From Prorocentrum cordatum (Eukaryota): 64,000 bases of DNA. A model generated the notes under the pieces. That model had not been told where the DNA came from, did no database searches, and saw nothing but the letters and a program-made list of their open reading frames with translations. Every line of letters starts with the position of its first letter. The first letter of the stretch is position 1. The position numbers and the translations under genes are program-made. Location: contig CAUYUJ010000001.1 in the NCBI GenBank assembly GCA_963575745.1, positions 620,001-684,000 of the forward strand. The letters are read 5' to 3'. Below are positions 35,098 through 48,994 of this stretch, piece after piece.

Positions 35098-35517
35098 CAC
35101 TTCGTGCTCTTCGACCTCCCAGAACTCCATTCCCGGGCCACATTCTGAATGCCCGGAGCCAACTGTAGGCCACTTCGTGCTCTTCGACTTCCCAGAACTC
35201 CATTCCCGGGCCACATTTTGAATGCCCGGAGCCAACTGTAGGCCACTTCGTGCTCTTCGAGTTCCCAGAACTCCATTCCCGGGCCACATTTTGAATGCCC
35301 GGAGCCAACTGTAGGCCACTTCGTGCTCTTCGAGTTCCCAGAACTCCATTCCCGGGCCACATTTTGAATGCCCGGAGCCAACTGTAGGCCACTTCGTGCT
35401 CTTCGAGTTCCCAGAACTCCATTCCCGGGCCACATTTTGAATGCCCGTAGCCAACTGTAGGCAACTTCGTGCTCTTCGACTTCCCAGAACTCCCTTTCCT
35501 GGGCCACATTTTGAATG
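35098..35517. repeat. 73-bp tandem repeat, about 5.8 near-identical units
   Basis: Units start at 35098, 35171, 35244, 35317, 35390 and 35463. Confidence 0.95.
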
Positions 35518-35837
35518 CTGAGGCAGGCTGATGCTGCGGTCGAGGCAGGCTGGGGCTGAGGCAGGCTGAGGCTGAGGCCGAGGCTGAAGGCAGACTGAGG
35601 CTGAGGCTGAAGCAGACTGAGGCTGAGGCTGAGGCAGGCTGAGGCTGAGGCTGAGGCAGGCTGATGCTGAGGCAGGCTGAGGCTGAGGCTGAGGCTGATG
35701 CAGGCTGAGGCTGAGGCAGGCTGAGGCTGAGGCCGAGGCTGAAGGCAGACTGAGGCTGAGGCTGAAGCAGGCTGAGGCTGAGGCTGAGGCAGGCTGAGGC
35801 TGAGGCAGGCTGGCTGAGGCAGGCTGAGGCTGAGGCT
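35518..35837. repeat. (GCTGAG)n hexamer repeat
   Basis: Direct inspection. Confidence 0.9.
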
Positions 35838-36183
35838 GTGACTGCGACTGCCGTTGCCGCTGCGACTGTCATCGCGAATGCGACTACGACTGCGAGAACA
35901 GCAGAATTCTACAACTGGATTTTCATCTGAATCTTAAGGGGAATGCTTTCAGATATGCTTCTACACATCGCTGTTAGGTTGCTTTGCTGGGATAATTTTA
36001 TACCGTTCTTCGCCCGTTAAGCTCCTCCTCTCACAACGACGGCGGCGGTGGCGGCGACCACGACGACCCGCGCCGCGAGTCTGCCGAGAAGCGCCTGGAG
36101 GAGAAGCTGGCGAGCTGCGCCCGCGCTGGCGGCGGCCTGGGCGAGGGCGCCCAGGCTCTGCCTCCGCGGCGTCCTCGTTAGCA

Positions 36184-36244
<61 letters not shown>

Positions 36245-36393
36245 ATAGTGGTGGTCGTCGCCGTCGCAGTCGCCGTCGCCGTCGGTCGCCGTCGCAGTCG
36301 CCGTCGCCGTTGCCGTCGTCGCAGTTGTCGCCGTCGCCGTTGCCGCCGCCGCCGCCGCCGGCGTCGTCGTCGTCGTCGCCGTCGTCGTCGCCG

Positions 36394-36426
<33 letters not shown>

Positions 36427-36540
36427 TGGTTATCGTCGTCGTCAGCACCATCTTCGTCGTCGTCGTCGTCGGGTGGTGGTGGTGGTGAAGATGGTCGTCG
36501 TCGTGGCCGTTGTCGTCGTTTTCATCGTCGTGGTCGTGGC
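36184..36540. repeat. (GTC)n/(GCC)n microsatellite
   Basis: Direct inspection. Confidence 0.9.
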
Positions 36541-37202
36541 GCGCGTCTCACGTCACCGGGGCAAGGCCGCCGGGGAGGCGCCTCGTGGAGCTGATCTCTG
36601 CAATAGGGCAGGGGAGCGAGTGGGAGAGCGGGGGGATGCGGCCAGGAACGCTTGTTTCTCGCCCACCATGTCTCGGCGCGTCACGCTAACTGCGTTCCCG
36701 TTTCCACGCGTCAGCGCCCCACGCTTTTCCCGCCCCCCCCCCGCCCCGCGGACCCCCGCCCCGCGGAGCGCAGCGGCACGCCATCCGCTTGCAGGGCACA
36801 GCGTGCTGCCAGAGCCGCCGCCGCGACACGCCCAGCAAAAGTTCCTGACCGCAGGAGCGGTGGGTGGCAGCTGACGCCTGTGAGATCCACCAGCGGACCT
36901 GTAGTTCAGGCGCGGGTCCCCCCCCCACCCCACCACGGGCCGCGCCCTCGCTCGCTGGGGGGCCGCGGCCGGCCCCCGGCCCCCTCTGTCTTGTGCTCGT
37001 CTCCGGCGTATAAGGACCCGAAGGGGGAAAAGCTGCATGAGCATAGATAAGCTCTTGGAGGTCCGCGCGGATGCCTTGGATTGGCGCTGGGCCCCGCTGG
37101 CGGCGACGCCCACGGCGCCGCCCCTGGCGTGCTCAGCGCTCCAGGGAGTGGGGGTTCACCGCCGATCCGAGAAATCCGCGCGGGCCTCCGACAGTTCATG
37201 TT

Positions 37203-39367
<2,165 letters not shown>

Positions 39368-40576
39368 ATGTTTTTGGCTGGTTGGGGTTTCTGGTGTATG
39401 AGACTCGAAGAGAGGTGGAGAGGCATCGGGGACGGCCGTTGGTGGCCCGAAGGGCGGTCAAGATCAGCGCAGAAAGAACCCCGAGAGGCCCCCCAAACCG
39501 GCCCAGTAGGCTCCTGGAGAGGTGTCTGAGAGGGCTAGTGGCGCTCGGAAGCCGAGCACGTGAAAGGGAGGTCGTTTTGGGACGGAAGTGGTGGCAAGAA
39601 GGCGCCCAGGCCGCAGCCCAGGCCCCCAGACCGGCCGAATGAGCAGGCCGCGGCGAGGACCCCAGGAGGGGTTGCCAGGGCTCTGAGGAAGGGTATGGGT
39701 ACGAGAACCGCGTGGGCAAGGGACTGAGGGGAAAGAATTCGTGCAGACCATGCGGCGGGGATGACACACGCCATACCCAGTGGGGCGGCGGATCGCTTCG
39801 CGCATTCCGCCGGCCCATATTGTCGCATAAGCGGACGCTGAGGAGAAGGAGGAGGCCTGCGGATGGTTTCTTGGTGAACTCTTCAGACGAATTTTGTCGT
39901 CGACAAGCTGGGAGACGTCGTGGGGTTTCTTGGGAGACCTCTTGGGAGCCTCTGAGGGGCTTTTTGGGACAGTATTTTGGGGCTTTTGAGAGATTCTTGG
40001 GGCCCTGCTGGCGGTCTCGTGAATTATCTCGCGGGAAAGGGCCGGACATGGCAGCTCGGAGTACCGCTCTTGGGGTCTTCTGGAAAGCTCCAGAGCCGTC
40101 TTGAAGGGCCTTTGGGGCTGTCTTTCAGCGCTCGGGGTCGTCTTGGGCTCATCTTGGAGGCATGTTGGGTCGTGTTGGGGCGATTTTGAGGGCCTCCTGG
40201 GCAGTTCTGAGCGTTTTGAAACATCAAAGTCGTTAATGCGAAGAAGAATACGTGTTCTTGAGGGAATGTTGCGCTTCTTGGGGCCCTCTTGGAGGGCCTC
40301 TTGAGGCTCTTGGCGCTTCTTGGCGGCCTCTGGGGCTGTCAGGAGGCCATCTTGGGCGTCTTGGAGCGATCTTTCGGCGACGCGGGGCCTCTTAGACCGT
40401 CTGGAGGGCGTCTGGGGCGCTCTGGGGGACCCTGCGGGAACCTTGCTGGGAGTCTCCCGGGTTTCGGCTGGGGTGCTTTTCGTTCCGGGACTCCCAGGGG
40501 CCGCCACGCGCGCGCGAACTAGAAATTGCAAATAGCCGGAGATTTTAGCATGCCCCTGGCCCGTTGGGCCGGCGAA

Positions 40577-41130
40577 TTTCCAACCATCCTGTAGCGTTGG
40601 GCCCTCGTTTTATGCGTCCGCGACACCCAGTGCAGCGTTTCCTGGCCCCATAGGGAGCTCCAGCGAAGGCCCCACTGGCCGCTTTCTCATGCGTCCGCCC
40701 CACACAGTACAGCGCTTCGTCACCCCATCGGGAGCTCACCGAAAGCCCCAGAGGCCGCGTTCGCATGCGTCCGCGCCGCCCAGTGCAGCGCTTCGTGGTC
40801 CCATAGGGAGCTCTACCGAAGGCCCCACTGGCCGCTGTCGCATGCGTCTGCCCCACGCAGTACAACGCTTCGCCACCCCAGAGAAGCTCCACCGAAGGCC
40901 CCAGTGGCCTCGTTCGCATGCGTCCGCGCCGCGCAGTATAGCGCTTAGTGACCCCACAGGGAGCTCCACCGAAGGCCCCGATGGCCGCGTTCGCATGCGT
41001 CCGCGCCGCCCAGTACAGCGCTTCGTGGCTCCATACGTGGGGAACTCCACCGAAGGCCCCACAGGCCGCGTTCGCGTGCGTCCGCGCCACCCAGTACAGC
41101 GTTCGTGGCCCCAAAAAGAGCTCCACCGAA
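40577..41130 (+). repeat. Same family, ~85-bp unit variant; array resumes at 46615-46862
   Basis: Terminal module at 40577. ggccgcgttcgcatgcg...cccagtacagcgcttcgt units occur on both sides of the gap. Confidence 0.7.
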
Positions 41131-41167
41131 GCCGAAGCCATCGCCATTTTTGTCTCAAGGCTCAGGC
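41131..41167 (+). other. Degenerate nested DinoSL relics
   Basis: GCCGAAGCCAT + CGCCATTTTTGTCTCAAG + GCTCAGG, compared with DCCGTAGCCATTTTGGCTCAAG. Confidence 0.65.
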
Positions 41168-41200
41168 CGTCGTGGCCCGGGGGCCCTCCTTGCGCGCGCC

Positions 41201-41707
41201 ATGGATCCTCTCGCCGCCGCCGTGGCGGGCTCCGTGCTGGCGCCGGGGCTGGTGCCCTGCGCGCCTCGGGTCCCTGCCCTGGACCTCGCCGCGGTGGCCG
41301 CAGGCCGCGGCCGTACCAGCAAACCGGAGGCGGAACCGTGCTGCCAGGACCACCCGCCGCGCAAGGAGGTGGTGCGCTCGGCGCCTCAGCAGCGAGGCCC
41401 CGGCCTGGGGGCGCCGGCCCTCCAGCGCTTCCCGGGGCACGTCCTCAAGGGCCTGGCCGCCTGGCACCCGCAGGAGCGCTGCCCCGCGACGGAGTCGCTG
41501 CTGTTCCCGGGCCTGACCGTGGCGAGCCCGCGGCGCGCGGGCGGCGGCCGCGGCGGCGGCGGCGGGAAGGCGGCGCCCAGGGGCTCAGCGACCTCCGCCG
41601 CCATGGCCGCCGACGCGTGGGCCAGGGTGCGAGGCCTAGAGGGTCCGGGTGCCGCCGCCAATGTCGGCAGCTGGACGGCGGGTGCTGCCAGGGTGGGGGG
41701 GGCGTAG
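41201..41707 (+). CDS. Hypothetical protein or retrocopy remnant downstream of SL relic (168 aa)
   Basis: GCC-ATG-G start about 40 nt after the SL relic; GC3-rich. No recognisable domain. Confidence 0.3.
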   Translation: MDPLAAAVAGSVLAPGLVPCAPRVPALDLAAVAAGRGRTSKPEAEPCCQDHPPRKEVVRSAPQQRGPGLGAPALQRFPGHVLKGLAAWHPQERCPATESLLFPGLTVASPRRAGGGRGGGGGKAAPRGSATSAAMAADAWARVRGLEGPGAAANVGSWTAGAARVGGA

Positions 41708-44483
41708 GCTGCGCGCACCGCGACCGTCGTTGCCAGCGGTGTGGCACGTCCCCGTCCTAAGGTGCAGTGCCGTGGGCAGCAGACGGGGCGACACAGGCCA
41801 CCTCATGGGTTCCAGGCGGTGTAACTTCTGCCGCCTCGCGGGGCCGTGCCGCGGATTTTTACCGACTGCACATTTTAGTTGATGTTTTTGGTCTGTCTGC
41901 CTGTTGCTGCTGCCCCATCGGCTTCATCAACGTGCGGCGCTTCACTTTCGGCGGACTGGCGCCATTGTATTGGCTCTCTCGTCGGCTCTGGGTGTCGATT
42001 TGCCCGCTCCCGAAGACTAGCACAGCAATTACATGGCGTGCTCATGCCACGAGGCTCACGGAAACCGACCTGTAAGCGGCGGGCGAACGTGACCATTTGT
42101 CATGGCCCATGGCTCGCGGCAGCGGGCTCGCTCCTGGATTATATGTCCAAAACTTTTAGTGCGCGCCTGAAGGCGGTTCGTTTATCGTCTCTGTCGCCGC
42201 TTCTCCAAGTTCGATTGGCCACGCACATCATGGCTGCCAGCTTGGACCACGCAGTTTTTACCAGCGCAAGCGGAGCCCTCTGGCAGAGGTGGGAGTAAAA
42301 AGACAGACGAAGGGACGGTACGACAAGATAGCGCGGCGAGGGGGGGAGAGGGGGAACGCAGGGAAGGACGCGCTCCGAGCCCTCATGAGGAGAGCAGCTC
42401 GGACCCCGCACAGTGTGTACTTGCATCCTAAGAGTTGTCTCGGGAACATCTCGACTACCTCCTCCTCCTCCTTTTCCTCCTCCTCCTCCTCCTCCTCCTC
42501 CTCCTCCTCCTCTCAGAACGTCCCGAGAACGGCCCCAGAACGGGCCCCAGGAACGGCCCCGCGCAGGCCCGCATGGCCCCAGGACGGACCCAGCGAGGAC
42601 GTGCAGAGCTGGGGAGACAGCTCCCTGCATGGCGCTGCTGTGCGCCGAGTGGAACACGCCCACCGTGCCGGCACCCGTCCTCGTGGCGCCCTCGCTCTCT
42701 TCGTCCGCCCTCCGCGCTCCTGCGCTCGGCAGGGGCGCACGCTCGGCCACGGCACGTACAAGACGCCAGTGGAGGCCAGTCCACCGCCCCGCCTCGTGAG
42801 TGCGGGTGCCACGTGTGGAGTGCCTGTTTGGGATGGCGCTCGCAGTTCTGCGCCATTCCCTTCTCGGCTCCCTGGCCTCCCACAGTCACACCCTGTGAAT
42901 ACTGCTCTCCTCTCTCCCCCGAGTCCGTGGCGGAATCTGTCTTGGAGTGTTCGGCCCCCCCTCGCCTGTTGCTATTTCCACACAGGATGTCGGCGAGTTG
43001 GGTTTTCGCTCGTGTTTTTTTTCGTAATGCTGCTCTCACTGAGGCGCTGGCCTCATTTTCGGGCTTCCGCTCGTTCCGAATCGTGCTCCCGCTGCAGCGC
43101 TGGCTTCATTTCCGCGCTTCCGCTCATTCTGAATCGTACTCCCCCTGCAGCACTGGCTTCATTTCCGCGCTTCCGCCCGTTACGAATCGTGGTCCCGCTG
43201 CAGCGCTGACGTCATTATTTCCAGCGCCATGCCACGGCATGGTTTTCGGTCCTTTCAAATGGGCTTTAAAATTTAGGAAGTGCCCCCCCCCCCCCCCCCC
43301 CGAAACAACCATCGGAAGTGATTACGCATTCGGTGTCGATTCGTTGTTTTTTTGGGGGCCGCAGAAGCACCCCCCCACTTTGGGGCGTCGCCACGCCATT
43401 CTATGTCAGGCTACGCGTTGATCTTCAACACCATGCTATGCCATGTAATGCTATGCCCTCCTACGACATCCGACTGTGCGAATAGAAAGGGAATCTGAGC
43501 CATGGTAAGGGATGGGAGGGAGGGGTAGGACGTTAGATGTGACGCGAGCGCACCTAGCTTCTCGCCCCCTCCCCCCCCTCCCCCCCTCCCCCCATCCACC
43601 TTTCCGGCTTTAAAGGAAACCAGGGTTTTGTTGCTATCGCGCGCTGCTGTGTCTTTTTCGCGTTGCCTGCCGAGTGGAACACGTCCACCGCGCCCGCAGC
43701 AGCTCTCCCGCCACGCAACTTAATAGTGCATGGGCACAACTGTAGGCCTGAAAGCTGCAAGAATTAGCCTTCGTTGGCAGCTGCTGGCTGGTGATTGTAA
43801 TTTGACGAGTGTGTCACAGGTGACCGTCACTGCGACTGCTGCTGCAGTGGCTTTTGTACCTCAGAGCTTCGCAGACCCCAACGGGGGTAACCGTCCGCAG
43901 GTTTCGAAGCACACTGAGAATACCCGAACAGGGTGGTTACGCCGCATCGCCTTGCAGAGCTCACTGGCAGAATCCGTCGAGCTGTAATAGAAAACAGGTA
44001 TTAAAGCACATTTCTCCTTCGAGCAGGGACACTCACGCCGCATCACTTTTCAATCGCAGAGCATGGAGAGCTGTAACTAATCGACGGCAGGTGTTGAAGC
44101 ACACTGACCAGCTGCTGCAGAGTATCCTTTCCCCTCCTCACCCTCCTGTTGTCCTTTGCCTGGGCCTATGTTTTCCCCTTCTCGCGAGGCGTTTCTTCTT
44201 GCACCAGCGTTGCAGACAGAGGTTCTCACGTTTTGATAATGAGCGCCGCACAGCAGAGGCAGGCTGGCTGTGCTGGCTGCCTTTGTCAGTAGCCCCCCCT
44301 CGCAATTCAATGCGTCATGCAATTAAGTTTCGCCCAGCTTCGCACCCGATCACGTGTTAGCTCCTGGTGGAGAACGCGTGTAGCGTTCCCGCACCTATGG
44401 AGCTGCCCTACACTACCGTCTTGGACATTTTGGCGCTTAGACGCGGGATCTGGCCAGAGAAAGGAGAGACAACTGCAGACTGA

Positions 44484-45251
44484 TCCAGGCGAAAGACCCA
44501 ACCATATGCAGTTGTGAGTACCGCCAGTGTAAGGCACGCCATCGGTGGAGCTCCTGACGGAGCCGCGAAATGTTTGAAGAGAGTTGGGGGATGTCCCAAA
44601 GTCAGGGGGTGGCGGCATGCGGGCGCAGCCATTGGGGCCTTGGGTGGAGCTCCCTGTGGGGCCACGAAGCGTGTGAGGGGCGTGCCAAAGTGAGGGGGTG
44701 GCGGCATGCGAACACAGCCACTAGGTTCTTAGGTATAGCTCCCTGTGGGGCCACGAAACATGTGAGGGGTGTGCCACAGTGAAGGGGGTGGCGGCATGCG
44801 AGAGCAGCCACTGGTGCCTTGGGTGGAGCTCCCACGTGGGCCACGAAACGTGTGAGGGGTGTGCCAACGTGCGGGGGTGGCGGCATGCGGGCGCAACCAC
44901 TGGGGCCTTAGCAGTAGCTCCCTATGGGGCCACGAAGCGTGTGAAGGGTGTCCCAAAGTCAGGGGGTGGCGGCATGCGGGCGCAACCACTGGGGCTCAGG
45001 TGTAGCTCCCTATGGGGCCGTGAAGCGTGTGAGGAGTGCGTCAAAGTGAGGGGGTGGTGGCATGCGGGCGCAATCACTGGGGCCTTATGAGTAGCTCCTT
45101 ATGGGGCCGTGAAGCGTGTGAGGGGTGTGCCAAAGTGGTGAGGGGTGACGGGAGGAGGAGTGCGGAGGAGGAGGAAGGTGGAGAGGAGAGGAGGAGACGC
45201 GGGGCGCTGTCTCGTCGAAAGGGGGAACCAACACCACCGGATGGTTAGGAT
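44484..45251 (-). mobile_element. Same tandem-repeat element family, ~89-bp units
   Basis: Terminal modules at 44484-44525 and 45200-45250. Confidence 0.6.
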
Positions 45252-45260
45252 AACCAACAA

Positions 45261-46610
45261 TAGCCTGGCGAAAACCCAACCATATGCAGTTGCGGGTACC
45301 GCAAGTGTGAATATCTTCTTCGGTGGCGCTCCCTATGGGGCCACGGAGTGCTGTACTGGGTGGGCGAAACGCAGGGAGCAAAGGCTGTGCTGGGTGGTGG
45401 CGGACGCATGCGGGCGGTGCCACTGGGACCTTCGGTGGAGCCCCCTTATGGGGCCACGAAGCGCTGTACTGGGTGGATGAGACGCAGAGAGCAAGGGCTG
45501 TGCCTGGTGGTGGCGGACGCATGCGGGCGGTGCCACTGGGACCTTCGGTGGAGCTCCTTATGGGGCCACGGAACGCTGTACTGGGTGGGTGAATCGAAGG
45601 GAGCAATGGCTGTACTGGGTGGTGGCGGACGCATGCGGGCGGTGCCACTGGGACCTTCGGTGGAGCCCCCAATTGGGCCACGAAGCGTTGTACTGGGTGT
45701 GTGAAACGCAGGGAGCAAGGGCTGTGCTGGGTGGTGGCGGACGCATGCGGGCGGTGCCACTGGGACCTTCGGTGGAGCTCCTAATGGGGCCACGAAGCGC
45801 TGTGCTGGGTGGGTGAAGCGCAGGGAGCAAGGGCTGTGCTGGTTGGTGGCGGACGCATGCGGGCGGTGCCACTGGGACGTTCGGTGGAGCTCGTTGTGGG
45901 GCCACGAAACGCTGTACTGGGTGGGTGAAACGCAGGGAGCAAGGGCTGTGCTGGGTGGTGGCGGACGCATGCGGGCGGTGCCACTGGGACCTTCCATGGG
46001 GCCCCCTTATGGGGCCACGAAGCGCTGTGCTGGGTGGGTGAAACGCAGGGAGCAAGGGCTGTGCTGGTTGGTGGCAGACGCATGCGGGCGGTGCCACTGG
46101 AACCTTCGGTGGAGCTCCATATGGGGCCACGAAACGTTGTACTGGGTGGGTGAAGCGCAGGGAGCAAGGGCTGTGCTGGGTGGTGGCGGACGCATGCGGG
46201 CGGTGCCACTGGGACCTTCGGCGGAGCCCCCAGTGGGGCCACGAAACGTTGTGCTGGGTGGGTGAAACGCAGGGAGCAAGGGCTGTGCTGGGTGGTGGCG
46301 GACGCATGCGGGCGGTGCCAATGGGACCTTCCTTGGAGTTCCTTCTGGGGCCACGAAATGCTGTACTGGGAGGGTGAAGCGCAGGGAGCAAGGGCTGTGC
46401 TGGGTGGTGGCGGACGCATGAGGGCGGTGCCACTGGGACCTTCGGTGGAGCTCCATATGGGGCCACGAAGCGTTGTGCTGGGTGGGTGAAACGCATGGAG
46501 CAAGGGAGGAAGGAGGGGAGGAGGGGGAGGAGGGTGACGAGGAGGAGAGGAGGAACGCGGGGACCGTCTCATCAAAACGAGGACCCAACACCACAGGATG
46601 GTTGGGAAAA
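45261..46610 (-). mobile_element. Same family, ~112-bp units, about 10 copies
   Basis: CCCAACCAT at 45275-45283 and ATGGTTGGG at 46598-46606. Units at 45421, 45533, 45646 and onward. Confidence 0.65.
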
Positions 46611-46862
46611 AAAACTCCAGCGACGGCCCCAGTGGCCGCGTTCGTCCGCCCCACCAAGCATAACGTTTCGTGGTCCCATAGAGAGCTCCAGCGAATCCCC
46701 CAGTGGCCGCGTTCGCATGCGCCCGCGCTACCCAGTACAGCGCTTCGTCACCCCAGCAAGAGCTCCACCGAAGGCCCCAGTGTCCGCGTTCGCCCGCCCC
46801 GCCCACGTTTCGTGGCCCCCTAGGGGGCTACACCGACTGCCGCAGAGGCCGCGTTCGCATGT

Positions 46863-48990
46863 GTCGGGGTGCCGGGGCGTGGAGAGGGGTCAGGGCAGGG
46901 GGTCGGGGTCGGTTCTGGGCGAGGAAGTCTCGGGTGGAGGATACCAAAAACAGAGAACCCGAGCGTGGAAGTGCCGGGGCGTGGCGACGGGTCACGGTGG
47001 GGGGTCGGGGTCGGGTCCAGGGGAGGAATTGTCTGGTGAAGGGTCCCAAGAACTGAGATCCATGCAGAGGGCGGAGGTGCCGGGGCGTGGTAAGGGGTCA
47101 GTGTGAGGGGTCGGGGTCGGTTCCAGGCGAGGAAGTGTTGGGTGGAGTGTCTCAAGAACAGAAGTCCAGAGGGTGGGGGTGCCAGGGCGTTGGCAGGAGT
47201 CAGGGTGGGGGGTCGGTGATCGGTATGGGGTCAAGAGTTGTCGGGTGGAGGGTCCCAGGAACAGTGGTCCAGACGTGGTGAGGAGTGAGGGTGGGGGTCG
47301 GGGTCGGTTCCAGGCGAGGAAGTGTCGATCGGGTGGAGGGTGCCAAGAACAGAACAGCGGTCCAGAGGGTGGGGGTCCTGGGGCGTGGTGAGGGGTCAGG
47401 GTGGGTGGTTGGGGTCGGTTCCGGGCGAGGAAGTGTCGGGTGGAATGTCTCAAGAACAGGGGTCAAGAGAGTGGAGGTGCCGGGGCGTGGTGAGGGGTCA
47501 GGGTGGGGGTCGGGGTCGGTTCCGGGCGAGGAAGTGCCGGGTGAAGGGGTCTTAAGAACAGAGGTCCAGAGGGCGGAGGCGCCAGGGCGTGGTGAGGAGT
47601 CAGGTTTGTTGGTCGGGGTCAGTTCGGTGTAAAACTTGTCGGGTGGAGCGTGCCAAGAGCAAGGATCCAGACGTGGTGAGGAGTGAGGGTGGGGGGTCGG
47701 GGTCGGTTCCAGGCGAGGAAGTGTTGGGCGGAGGGTCTCAAAAACAGAGGTCCAGAGGGTGGGTGCCGGAGCGTGGTGAGGGGTCAGGGTGGAGGGTCGG
47801 GGTCGGGCCCGGGCGAGGAAGTGGAACAGCGAACCCGAGGGTGGGGGTGCCGGGGCGCGGAGAGGGGGCGAGGAAGTGTCGGACGGAGGGTCTGAAGGAC
47901 AGCGGTCCAGAGCCAGGGCGCGGTGAGGGGTCAGGGCGGGGGGGTCCGGGAGGGTTCAGGGCGATGAAGTGTCGGGTGGAGGGTCCCAGAACCCGAGGGT
48001 CGGGGTGCTGGGGTGTGGGGAGGGGTCAGGGTGGGGGGTCGGGGTCGGTTCCATGCGAGGAAGTGTCGGGCGGAGGGCCCCAAGATCAGAGAGAAGAGCA
48101 TTCGGGTGGGGGTCCCAAAAACAAAGTTCCATGGTGGGGGTGCCGGGGCGTGGTGAGGGGTCAGGGTGGTGGTCGGGCTCGGTTCCAGGCGAGGAAGTGT
48201 CGGGTGGAGGGTCCCAAGAACAGAGGTCAAGAGAGTGGGGGTGCCGGGGCGTGGTGAGGGGTCAGGGTGGGTGGTTGGGGTCGGTTCCGGGCGAGGAAGT
48301 GCCGGGTGAAGGGGTCTTAAGAACAGAGGTCCAGCGGGTGGGGGTGCCGGGGCGCGGTGAGGGGTCAGGGCGGGGGGGTCGGGGGTCGGTTCCGGGCGAG
48401 GAAGTGTCGGGTGGAGACTCCGAAGAAGACCAGGGAACCCGAGGGTCGGGGTGCCGGGGCGTGGAGTGAGGTCAGGGTGGAGGGTCGGGGTCGGTTCCGG
48501 GCGAGGAAGTGTCGGGTGAAGGGTCCCAGGAACAATGGTTCAGGGGGTGGGGTGCCGGGGCGTGGTGATGTGTCAGGTTGGGGGTCGTTGGGCGAGGAAG
48601 TGTCGGGTGGAGGGCCCCAAGAACAGAAAGGAGTTGTCTGGGGGTGGCCTCAAGAACAAAGGTCCAGAGGGGGGGGGGGCCGGGGCGTGGTGAGGGGTGA
48701 GGGTGAGGGGTCGGGGTCGTTCTGGGCGAGGAAGTGTCGCGGGTGGAACGTCACAAGAACAGGGGTCAAGTGTGGGGGGGAACTTCCAGGGGAGGAAGTG
48801 TCCAGTGAACGGACCCGAGAACAGAGGTCCGGCGGGTGCGGGTGCCGGGGCGTGGTGAGGGGTTAGGGGTGGGGGTCAGGGTCGGTTCCGGGTGAGAGTT
48901 GTCAGGTGGAGGGTTCCAAGAGCAGAGGTCAGGAGGGTGGGGGTGCCGGGGCGCGGTGAGGGGTGAGGGTGGGGGATCGGGGTCGGTTCC
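46863..48990. repeat. G-rich ~90-bp satellite, more than 20 diverged units
   Basis: Recurrent ggggtcggggtcggttccgggcgaggaagtgtcgggtggagggtcccaagaac. Confidence 0.92.
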
Positions 48991-48994
48991 GTGA

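Noticed and set aside
35098..35517. CRISPR-like array (also considered for the 90-, 112- and 42-bp arrays)
   Set aside because: Units repeat in full with no unique spacers, there are no cas genes, and the context is eukaryotic.
42100..42300. LINE C-terminal-like peptide (FSARLKAVRLSSLSPLLQVRL)
   Set aside because: Too short and has no diagnostic motif.
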